The notes under the pieces: model-generated
Told to the model about the DNA's origin: nothing
The model's input: only the letters and a program-made list of their open reading frames with translations
Database searches by the model: none
Shown: positions 9,331 to 19,889 of the stretch, one piece after another
How the letters are laid out: each line of letters starts with the position of its first letter
How positions within the stretch are numbered: position 1 is the stretch's first letter
Translations under genes and position numbers: made by a program
Assembly (NCBI GenBank): GCA_043228905.1
Contig: JBHGNT010000558.1
Location: 1 to 20,829 of the forward strand
DNA: 20,829 nucleotides
Direction: 5' to 3'
Source of the DNA: Azolla caroliniana
Lineage: Eukaryota; Plantae; Polypodiophyta

Positions 9331-12300
9331 ATGGACGAATCGTTGGGCGGCATGTTCAATCTCACCGGCTCCAACTATTCAGTGTGGAAGTCGAAGATGA
9401 GGGACATGCTCGTGGTTAAAGGTCTTTGGTTGCCGGTTCAGTTCGGGGACAAGAGACCGGACAAAATCGACGCCACGATATGGGAAGTGATGCACATGAA
9501 GACAATGGTGTACATACGGTGCTTCATCGACATGAGCCTATACAACAACTTCAATGAAGAGAGCAAGGCTCATGAGCTCTGGGAGAAGATCAACATTATG
9601 TTTCAGAACAAAAATGCCGTTAACCAGGTTTAGGTATTCCAGAAGCTAGTAAGACTCCGGTACCAAGATGGCTCCAGCATGGTGGAGCACATGAATGCCT
9701 TCCAGGGGCTGATACACCAGGCAACATCATTGGAAGTACCTCTCGCCGATGAGGTACTAGCGCTACTCCTACTCGATTCCCTCCCGGATAGCTGGGAGAC
9801 GTTGGTTGTCAGTTTGGGCAACGTCGGGCCGGAAGGGAAACGGTTATCCCTAGCAAGAGTAAAGTCGAGCTTGCTAGATGAGGAGGCACGTCGGAAAGAT
9901 AAGGATACGAGCTCCGACTCCAAAGCGCTCCTTACCGAATCGGAACGTGGAAGACAAAGGAACCATAGTCTCCAGAACCGGGAGAAGTCGGGGACACGGT
10001 CAAAGTCAAGGGGGAGGCCTACTTGCTTCTATTGCGGCAAGCTGGGACACTTCTAGAAGAACTGTCGGCATTTCCGAAAAGATAAGGAAACCGACAGTAC
10101 CGATTCGAAGCGGACACCGGACCGGAACGGTAAAGACCGGAGGGGGCCGGACCTGAAGGGAATGACGGCAATCACGGCAAGTGAAGAAGAGTTGATGCTC
10201 ATCACCGAGGAGAGTGAGCTAAACCTTGCCGGCGACGAGACGACCTGGGTGGTCGACTCTGGAGCGACGTTCCACCTTACCCCGAACCGGAAATGCTTCT
10301 CATCCTACTCAGCTGGTGATCACGGCTGTGTCCGGATGGGGAATGAAGGTACATGCCGAATTGTCAGCATAGGAGACGTGTGGTTGACAATGCCAACCGG
10401 ATGCAAGCTTCTACTGAAGGATGTCAGACACGTTTTGGAGGTTCGACTAAACCTGATATCAGCCGGTCGGCTAGATGATGAAGGCTACACGGGTAGCATC
10501 CAGAACAGTGTTATGAAGTTTAGCAAAGGGAGCCTGATTGTGGCTAGGGCCCGGAAGGTCAACACACTGTACCTGATGAATTCCCGGTTATGTCCGGAAG
10601 AAGTGAACGTGGCATCCGACACTGCCGGTGATCTGTGGCACAAGAGGCTGTGTCACATGAGCGAGAAGGGGATGAAGAGGCTTGCAGACGACAACCTCAT
10701 TCCAGTGAAGAACGTGCACTTGGAGAAGTGCAATGATTGTCTGGCCGGAAACAAAACTGGACCTCCTTCCGATCGAGGCCACCGATGAGACGTAATGCGC
10801 CACTGGAGTTGGTGCACACGGATGTGTGTCAAGTGGACACGAAGTCACATGCAGGATCGCAATACTTTGTGACGTTCATAGATGACCACAGTTGGAAGTT
10901 GTGGGCCACACTGTTGAAGACGAAGGATTAGGTGCTATCCGTCTTCAAAGAGCTCCATGCGAGAGTGGAAAGAGAAACTGGCCTGAAGCTGAAGGCGGTT
11001 CGAGCAGATAACGGAGGGGAATACAGGGGGCAGTTCGAGGAGTACTGTCGCTCGAAGGGAATCCGGCTCGAATTTACTGTGCTGAAGACGCCGGAACTAA
11101 ACGGGCTGGTCGAGAGGATGAACCAGACCATAATGGAGAGGGTTCGGAGTATGCTGGCGCATGCAAAACTACCCAAGAAGTTTTGGGCTGAGGCACTGTC
11201 GACGGTGACATATGTGATAAACAGATCACCCTCAGTACCCTTGGACTGAGACACGCCATAAGGAGTCTGGACCGGTAAGGAAGTGTCCTACCGGCATCTG
11301 AAGGTATTCGGGTGTCTTGCGTATGTGCATGTAGCTAAGGACTGGAGAGGAAAACTAGATCTGAAGACTCGGCCATGCATATTCCTCGGTTACGGCGATG
11401 ATGAGTTCGGCTACCGAGTGTGGGACCTGGTCGACAAGAAGGTATTCCGGAGTCGAGATATTATCTTCATGGAGGAGAAGATGCTCGCCGACTGGGAGTC
11501 GGAGAAGAAGATAATGAACTCTGAGTCGACCGGTAAGGATCGATTCTACGATGAGCAGACCCAACCGGCAAGAGACAGGTTAACACTCGAGGAACCAGCC
11601 GGTTACGGTGAGGATACCGAACTGGCAGAAGAAGAAGTAGAGGAAGCTGAAACCGGAACCGGCCAAGACCCTGAATCGGATTCGGATGAAGAGGAAATGG
11701 AGGAGCCGGTTACCGACGCCCAAAGACGGAGATATCCTCTCAGAGAGAGAAGTGCCCCCCAGAGATTTCCGGATGCAGAGCATGTGCTGCTAACCGATGA
11801 GGGGGAGCCAGAAAGCTTCGAAGAAGCGAATGATGACACCCACAACCGAAAATGGTTGAGTGCCATGTAGGATGAGATGGATTCCCTGCATGAGAACCAT
11901 ACGTACGAATTGGTGGAGTTGCCGAAAGGAAAGCGGGCACTTCGAAACAAGTGGGTGTACAAGTTGAAACCGGGAGATGCCGGCAACCCCCCGAGATACA
12001 AAGCCAAGATCGTGGTGAAGGGGTTCCAACAAAAGAAGGGTGTGGACTTTGATGAGATATTTGCCCCGGTAGTAAAGATGACCTCCATCCGGACGGTGCT
12101 GAGTATAGCGGCAAGCATGGACCTCGAGGTAGAGCAGTTGGACGTGAAGACGACATTCCTTTACGGTGACCTCGAAGAGGAGATCTACATGCAGCAACCG
12201 GAAGGATTCGTGGAGAAAGGGAAGGAGCACTTGATTTGCCGGTTGAAGAAGAGCCTCTACGGGTTGCAGCAGGCCCCCCAACAATGGTACCGGAAGTTCG

Positions 12301-13351
12301 ACTCCTTCATGACCGATCAAGGGTACCACAAGACGCAGGCCGATCACTGCGTGTTTGTGAAGAAGTTTGAAGGAGGCGACTTCTTGATACTCCTTCTGTA
12401 CGTGGACGACATGTTGATCGTTCGATGCTGAAGAAGGCTCTCAACCGGACCTTCTCAATGAAAGACTTGGGTCCGGCAAGACAGATGTTGGGGATGCATA
12501 TTATCCGGGACCGGTCAATGAAGCAATTGTGGCTGTCACAGGAGAAGTACGTGACAAAGGTGCTTCAACGGTTCAACATGTCAGATGCGAAACCAGTCGG
12601 ATCGACACTTCCGGCAAACTGCAGGTTATCCGGTAAGCAAAGCCCGAAGACGAAAGCAGAGAAGGCGGATATGATGAAGGTTCCATATGCCTCTGCTGTC
12701 GGGAGCTTAATGTACGCAATGGTGTGTACTCGACCAGATATTGGAAACGTAGTCGGAGTGGTGAGCCGGTTCATGAGCAATCCCGGCAAGGAGCACTGGA
12801 ACGCGGTCAAATGGATACTCCGGTACTTGAAGGGGACTTCGAATATGTGTCTACGATTCGGCTCCGGAAAACCTCAACTTGACGGTTTTACCGATTCGGA
12901 CATGTCGGCTGATGTGGATACCAACCGGTCTACATCCGGGTATGTTATGACATATGCAGGGGGAGCTGTTTCGTGGCAGTCGAGGCTGCAGAAGACGGTT
13001 GCGTTGTCAACCATGGAGGCGGAGTACATGGCGCCTGTGGAAGCCGGCAAGGAAATATTATGGATGAAGGACTTCATCGGAGAGCTCAGTATCCGGCAAG
13101 ATGAATACCGGCTCTATTGCGATAGTCAAAGTGCCATCCACCTTGCTAAGAATGCGGCCTACCATTCCCGGACGAAGCATATCCAGCGGTATCACTGGAT
13201 CCGGGAAAGAGTGGATGACCAGGAGTTCGCGCTGACGAAGATCCACATGGCCGAGAATGGGTCAGATATGGTGACCAAAGTACTGATACTCGACAAGCTG
13301 GAAGCATGCCGGAAGCGAATCAGACTAGTAAGACATCCCATGCCGGAGTGA
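9331..13351 (+). pseudogene. C gag-pol polyprotein (gag, PR, INT, RT, RNase H) with stops and frameshifts
   Basis: NYSVWKSKM; CFYCGKLGHF*KNC; WVVDSGATFH; LWHKRLCHMS; VHTDV; VRADNGGEY; YVDDML; GFTDSD; KHIQRYHWIRE. Split across several ORFs in the track. Confidence 0.95.
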
Positions 13352-13359
13352 AGGGGGAG
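13350..13359 (+). promoter_or_regulatory. Polypurine tract of C
   Basis: GAAGGGGGAG, 2 nt before the 3' LTR. Confidence 0.9.
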
Positions 13360-13361
13360 TT

Positions 13362-13985
13362 TGTTAGGAAACAGGTCCCTCCGGACGGGATGACTCGATG
13401 AGAACCGGATCACGAGTACCCGGCAAGAGCTGGATGATGAAGACCCGGTGAGAACCGGATGATGAATGCCCGGCAAGCACCGGATGAAGGAGTACTCGGA
13501 AACGGAAGATCTGGTGAGAACCGGATGATGAGGGCCCGACAAGCGCCGGATGATGCAGGCCCGATGAGCAGTGCTCACCGGATGGAGGGACATATTCGTA
13601 AATATGTTTTCTGAGAGTCCATCGGGGCTATATTTGTAAATAGCCGAAAAGTCATATTAGTATAAATATGACTTAGGGCAAACTTAGAGATGTGGTTGTC
13701 ATTCTTGTTGGCACTAGATCAGAGAGCGCGTAACAGTGTACACAGAGAGAGAGAGAGAGGAAGAGGTCGTTGCCTCTGTTGTAACCGCCGCTTGTGGTGA
13801 AGATCGTGAGCACGAGGTCGTTGCCTCCGTGAGCTCACTGTTGTAAACATTATGATATAGTGATAGTTTGGAGTCTGTGAACTCTCGTGGTTTTTCCCTC
13901 TTAGGGTTTTCCATGTTAAACATCTTGTGTACTCTTCTCTCCTTTGTGGCCGAGCGTTGTTCATCGGAGCGTGTAGTTCCTATCA
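13362..13985 (+). repeat. 3' LTR of C (624 bp)
   Basis: Copy of 8622-9300 with a 49-bp deletion, a microsatellite region 6 bp shorter and about 33 substitutions by hand count. Confidence 0.97.
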
Positions 13986-13990
13986 CGATA
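13986..13990. repeat. Right target-site duplication of C (CGATA)
   Basis: Matches 8617-8621. Confidence 0.95.
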
Positions 13991-16783
13991 TACATCCAGA
14001 ATCGGATCGGAGAAAAAGTGTTGGCGTATGAGCTGTATTTCGGAAGGAAGCCGAATCTGCGACACTTGAGAGTTTTCGGCAGTATTGCATATGTGCATGT
14101 GCCGAAGGAGAAAAGGAAGAAGTTGGACGCGAAAGCCGAGAAGTGTATCTTGGACGAGCAAAAGTGTTATAAGTGCTATAACCCTCGCACCAAACAAGCG
14201 CGCGCGAGTCACGACGTTGTGTTTGACAAGTCCGCGTCCTGGTACTTGCTTTTGACTCCGGACCTCATCTCCAATCCGAGTTCTGACGATGAGGTCAGCG
14301 AGGCCGAGATGCCTCAAGATGTGCCTGAAATCGGGACTAGTGAAGAGAGTGTGATTTTGTTTCGGTTAAGCGGACCAAATGGACGATTGAGTTGGTTTGA
14401 CCAGTCCGATGAAGAGCCGACGAGTAGTGGAGACTTGGCCGTGCATTCCCCGCGGAGGAAGCCGAGGAGACGGCTTACACGCAAGGAGAAAGGGAAGAAG
14501 AAGGTGTCGAACTACGACACGGATAGGAACGAGTCGGATCTACGCGACTCCGACTCCGAGGGAAGTGATGACGGGCCTTCGAGAGCGAAGTCCGCATCGA
14601 CTAAGAAAGCCTCAACATTAGCTAATGACCAATTACGCCGATCTACCCGCCAGAAGAACCCTGTTGTGCGGTTCGGTTACAACGAGTACATGGCGCATCA
14701 CTATGCATACATGACCCGTGTTGCGGAAGTACGTGAGTCGGAGAGCTACGCAGATGTAGCAAAGGACGCGAATTGGTGTGGCGCAATGGAGGAAGAGATG
14801 CACGCACTGGCTGAAAATGAAACCTGGGACCTGGTTGACGCACCGACGGGTGTAAAGCTGATTGGATGTAGGTGGGTGTATAAGGTCAAGTACAACACCG
14901 ACGGCTCGGTCAACCAATACAAGACCCGATTAGTAGCGAAAGGCTACGCGTAGAAACATGGCATTGACTACGATGAGACGTTTGCGCCGGTCGCTAAGAT
15001 GATGACCGTCCGTGTTTTGCTCGTGGTAACTACGGCAAAGGGGTGGCACTTACATCAGATGGATGTAAAGAATGCATTCCTGCAAGGTGAGCTTGAGGAA
15101 CAAGTATACATGGTACAACCCCCCGGATTTCACTCCGGACCGAATACCTCGGCGGTGTGCCAATTGAAGAAGTCCCTTTACGGACTAAAGCAAGCCCCGC
15201 GTGCCTTGAACGCGAAGATCACGCAGCAACTGCGTCGAATGGGCTTTGCGACGTTGAAATCGGACTCCTCACTATTCATCCGGAAAGGTCGACTCAAGCC
15301 GGTTAGTATTCTACTTTATGTTGATGACTTGGTCATCACCGGCGCCGACCTAAGTGAAATCAACCGCGTGAAGCTCTAGCTTGCGGCATCATTCGACATG
15401 AAGGATCTGGGGGATCTTCATTACTTCCTCGGGATCAAAGTGATCCGCACCTCCGAAGGGATACTGATCAGCCAACGGCATTACGTGCTGAGTATGCTCT
15501 TCAAATTTGGGATGGCAGGCTGTAAGTCCGTCTCGATTCCTCTGGAAAGAACCGTCAAGCTTCGCCTCGATTCCGGAAAGGTATGCGACCCGACAAGGTT
15601 CCGACAGATAGTTGGAAGCCTTATATACTTGACCATCACCCGACCAGATCTCAGCTACCCGGTCGGGGTGATTAGTCAGTTCATGGCGCCACCGATTGAG
15701 GAGCACCTTTAGTGCGTGCAACGTGTACTCCGGTATGTCAGTGGCACTAAGGACCGGGGGCTACTATATCGGAATGATACTGCCGCGTAGTTGGTAGGTT
15801 ACACCGATGCTGATTGGGCCGGAAACGCCGGCGATCGCCGATCCACATCTGGTTTCGCGTTCTCTCTTGGGAGTGTCGCGATCGCGTGGAGTAGCAAGAA
15901 GCAGCCAATGGTTGCGCTGTCGAGCACCGAAGCTGAGTATAGAGGAGCGGCTATTGCGACATGCGAAGCCATATGGTTGAAGCGGCTACTTAAGGATCTG
16001 CAGGTGGAGGTACCCGATCCAACGATCATCTACTGTGACAACCTTAGCAGCATCCAGCTCGCAAAGAACCCCGTTTTCCACGCCCGGACTAAGCACATTG
16101 AGGTGCACTACCATCTCGTCCGTGAGCGTGTCCTCTCCGGTGAAGTCGAACTTCAGTATGTTCCGACGGATCGGAAGAACGCCGATATTTTCACCAAGCC
16201 TCTTGGTCTAGACAAGTTGCAGCAATTCTTGAGTGCACTTGGGTTGCGTCACCTTGACGTGCCGAACTTGAGGGGGAGAGACATCCCGGATGACCACGGA
16301 AGGGAGTAGGGAAGGAGCGGAAAAGACCATGACGCCGAGTCGGATGACGAATCCGATTTCCAATCGGTTGAAGAAGCCAAGGGCGGATCTGCGAAAGAGT
16401 CCGAAAGCGGACATAAGGGGATTAGATGAAAGAAAGAGCCAAAGCCAACCAAGCGTGGGGGAGAGGAAGCCATCAAGGGCAAGAAGACTGAAGACGAGTT
16501 GGAGACAACCAACTCAGTCGAGAGAGAAAACCGATTGGAGGAAGCTGAGTCGGTTCGGATGTTTGATTTGGATACGCTGAATCAACCAAGGGCCAAGCGG
16601 AAGAGAAGGCAGCAGAAGAGGTGCCAACACCGCAATAGCAAGGAAGCTGAGAAAGGCCGTGTGAGTAGACAAACCAACCAGAAGGGTCGAGGAGCGCGAG
16701 CGAGGCGTGAAGCCAGAAGGAACCGGAGCACAGATCCGGAAGAGCAAATGGAACCTCAAGTTGAGCTTGAGGGGGAGTGTTGA
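13991..16783 (+). pseudogene. B polyprotein, 3' part: integrase C-terminus, RT, RNase H and a charged C-terminal extension
   Basis: HLRVFGSIAYVHVP; KTRLVAKGY; QMDVKNAFL; LLYVDDL; TRPDL; GYTDADWAG; [11 protein letters not shown]; ADIFTKPL. The same frame continues to LEGEC* at 16783, with several TAG/TGA stops. Confidence 0.92.
16769..16777 (+). promoter_or_regulatory. Polypurine tract of B (second copy at 16270-16278)
   Basis: GAGGGGGAG abuts the TGTTG start of the 3' LTR. Confidence 0.9.
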
Positions 16784-17229
16784 GGTACAAGCTCAACATT
16801 GGCCGAATCGGCTGTGCAAGCCGAGAACTGGATCGGTTGGGACCGATCGGATAGGCCGGACCGGTGCGTAAAACGGATGCACAAATCGGTACGCAAACCG
16901 GTGCGTAACGAGGGGCCGTATCGGTGCGTAAACTGAAAGGCCGTTAGAGAAATATTCCTCGTAAGGAATAATTTTAAGAGTGAGTGTCGAGGCTCATTTA
17001 TGAGTAGTCAAGTATTGTCAGTACTTGTGTCAGCCCGACTGTCAGGGCTTGTATAAAAGTGCTCACTGAGCACATCCTATGTACAGAGAGTTAGTATTTC
17101 TTGAATTGAGTTTTTTTATGTGTTCTCTCTTTGTCTCTCCCGCGTACTGTGTATACTCAAGCTCTCCATTAAACCTGCGTGTTTTCTGTGTGTTTGGTTT
17201 TCTATTGCTTCTGCAAATAATCTTTTACA
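16778..17229 (+). repeat. 3' LTR of B (452 bp)
   Basis: TGTTGAG...TTTTACA, preceded by the PPT and matching 6202-6545. Confidence 0.95.
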
Positions 17230-17756
17230 CGGTCTAACACTGACATTTCGAATAGTAACTCTATTGATAGGCTGACCTTTTTGTCTATTGTTTTATATTT
17301 AGTGTTAACTTTTATTGCATAGTTATTTTTACTTGCTTTTTTAGTATTTTCATGATAGCTATTGCCAACTATTTCACTATTAGCTATACAACCATTTTTT
17401 TCAATAAAATCAGCAATATGAAGGTACATATCAACAGAATTTACATGAACAAATCTCTTGTCACATTCTTTCTCATTCAAGCAATTTTCTAATATTTTGA
17501 CTGTATCCACATCTGAATATTCAAGAAGCATACAAGAAATTATGTCATCCCTTTCAATCATCCCTAAAGTGCACAATGCATCCAACATTTTCATGCTCCC
17601 TTTATTTTGTGCATGACTTTCCACACCAAAGTAACAGGTAAATCCATCCATTGTATCAGACAAAGTATTGATTGTTTTATTAATTGGAAAACATTTTTGC
17701 AAGGAAAGAAAAGCTTTGGGACCATTGTGTCCTTGCCCATCAATGATCCTATTTAA
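17230..17756 (-). pseudogene. D pol N-terminal fragment (linker and start of RT) with an internal deletion
   Basis: -1 frame relative to the end of ORF1. VNTKYKTIDKKV is joined out of frame to QPINRVTIRNVSVRP at about 17274. Confidence 0.8.
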
Positions 17757-19853
17757 ACATCTGACTCATAAGATGACGTATCATGCTCACATGAATTAAT
17801 TCGTAATTCTTCTTTATTTCTATCATGCTCTTGCCTAACAATAAGAAATTGAACACTTCTTTTACCATCGGTAATTCGAATCCTAGCATATGTTGAACCA
17901 TCTTCGAGCACCTTCGTGTCCATCCTAGAAGATGTGATGTATGGTTGAGACCAAGAGTCACTGGGTATGACGAGGTCTTTTGGATAAAGAAATGTTGCTC
18001 CATTAGAACATCTCCAATGGTGACTTTGATGTTTGGGCAAGCTCCATGAAGTTGCTTGGTCGTTGAATTAGCCGACTTTACTCTCCACCCATGATTTGTT
18101 TCCATTGGCCATCCGCTGTTCCTATAAATATCATAAGAAATTAGATTAATTTTCAGCCATGGTCAATTAAGGACATGACCGGATCTTCAAGGTTTCCAAT
18201 CTTCATGGGTGTCTCAGTTGTTGCTCTTGCCCAATGTTTCTTAGCATAGTAGCTTTTTAGCTCTTTCGGCTTCTCTTCGGAGGTTGTTGTCGTAGTAGCT
18301 TGTGTACCAACAATGGAAGAGCTTGGTTCACCTTTGAGGACTTCCACCGTTGCTTTCTTTACTTCACTTCGTGGGTTTTCGGTGACTTCAATACTTTGTC
18401 GTTTTCTTTTAATTCCATCTATTATTGCATCATGAAATTCTTTTTTAGATATGCCCAAAAGTTCCCTCAAGGAAAGTTCCACTTTGCTATCTAAAATTCT
18501 TTCTTCCAATACTTTTTTAAAATCAGTTGAAGCTTCAATATCAGATAATAATTTGAACGAGGGACTCTTCTTATCCTTACCTTTTTCAATGTCAGGGCTT
18601 ACCATTTTTCGACTTTCTGTCTCCCTCTTTTTAGCGCTTCTTAGCTCCCTCTTCTTGTTATCTTCATTTTCTGCCCATTTCCGTTTCTCTTCAATGATCA
18701 CTTCATGGGCTTGGGTTGTTGCAATCTTCGCGAAAGCTGAGAGGCCATCCACTGGGTCTTCTCAACTAGTTTTGATTCGGACAACATCACCTCCAGACTT
18801 CAACTTTTCAAACTCGATTTTACCCTTTCTTGCAGCTTTCAAAATACATGGCCAAAATTCAAATTCAGATCCTCCTTCTCCAACATGGACGACTGTAGTT
18901 GTTGGTTGATAGACAACTTGTGTCCTAGTTATTTCCGCGTCTTCGATGATCCTTCTCATACCACCTCTTCTAAAGTTAGTTCGGAGAGGTAATTGAGTTT
19001 TAGAAGAATGAATCTTACCATCTTTGAAGAATATCACCCCTCTTTTTATCGCTTCTTGATAGTTATCACACCCTCCTCTTGAATGGTCGACGCTATCACA
19101 CCATATGCATCTTCTTTCATAATCTTTTTGGGGTTGTGAGGATTTTTCTTCTTGTAACTTTGCAACATGTAATGAAAGATCTTTTATATCTTTGATAAGA
19201 TCGTCCATCTTTGGCAATCGAAAGATCCTCACACCATTTGACTCTAGTCCAGTGGGTGTAGTCCAGTCTTCAAGGAATGCAACTAATTTTTCTTGATAGG
19301 ATCGGTCTAATGCTTTCAAGAATAATATGACCTTCTCTTGTTCCAAAAGAGTCCTTTCAGTCGTCGTTAATTGATTATAATGAGCTTCAAACTCTTTCAA
19401 CAACTCCATCACCGAAATCTTCTTGTCCTCTTTGTCCACCCAATCCAAGAAACTTCTCCTTGATGCTCGGATTGTATCACCAAGCATGTATTCATTTAAT
19501 AAAGCTTGCTCAAATGCAACCCAATCATTAGAACTTGTTGCGAGTTCAGAGACTCTATTTCTCAAAGGGAGTTCAACCATCCTCACAAAATTCATTTGAA
19601 CATCATGTTGATTTAATCCTTTACTACCCATCTTAGTAACATATACTTGTAAGAATTTAGTTATATTTTTATCTTCAAAGAGACCTATTTTCTCTACAAC
19701 CTTGTCAATAGCATGATCAATTCGTTGAAGAGCAGTTGCCCGTTCTTGGCTTTGCATCATTCTTTCAATCATTTGAAGCACCACGTTGATTTGTGGCTCC
19801 ACAACGACTTCTTGGTTGATTCGTGGCTTTGAGACTGCTTGTTGGATCTCCAT
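17753..19853 (-). pseudogene. D ORF1 gag-protease with a stop and frameshifts
   Basis: Zinc knuckle CIWCDSVDHSRGGC; a W-to-stop change at 18762-18764; a frameshift just after LIDHG; C-terminus SVQFLIVRQEHDRN parallels A's SVQFLTVRPNHERN. Confidence 0.9.
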
Positions 19854-19870
19854 CTCTCTTAACTTCCCGT

Positions 19871-19888
19871 TTCACATCAGGTTCACCA
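19871..19888 (-). promoter_or_regulatory. PBS of D (tRNA-Trp, two CpG transitions)
   Basis: TTCACATCAGGTTCACCA versus A's TTCACGTCGGGTTCACCA; 1 nt from the LTR. Confidence 0.85.
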
Positions 19889-19889
19889 T

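Larger units (their letters stand above)
8622..13985 (+). mobile_element. Element C: full-length decayed Ty1/Copia (Tnt1/Tork-like)
   Basis: Two TG...CA LTRs, a 5-bp TSD, Met PBS, PPT and Copia domain order. RT motifs LLYVDDMLIV and VPYASAVGSLMYAMVCTRPDI resemble Tnt1; the lineage is inferred. Confidence 0.97.
6202..17229 (+). mobile_element. Element B: decayed Ty1/Copia LTR retrotransposon, interrupted by A (in the 5' LTR) and C (in the integrase)
   Basis: LTR pair 6202-6545 and 16778-17229, Met PBS, gag-PR-INT-RT-RNase H order and a PPT. Confidence 0.95.

Noticed and set aside
13868-13990. N-terminus of the 361-aa ORF as a real fusion protein
   Set aside because: Chance read-through from C's LTR into B's integrase. 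It starts at TTG and the downstream RT has stops.
16290-16783. env-like gene after B pol
   Set aside because: Highly charged, no hydrophobic transmembrane segment, and in frame with pol; treated as a Pol tail instead.
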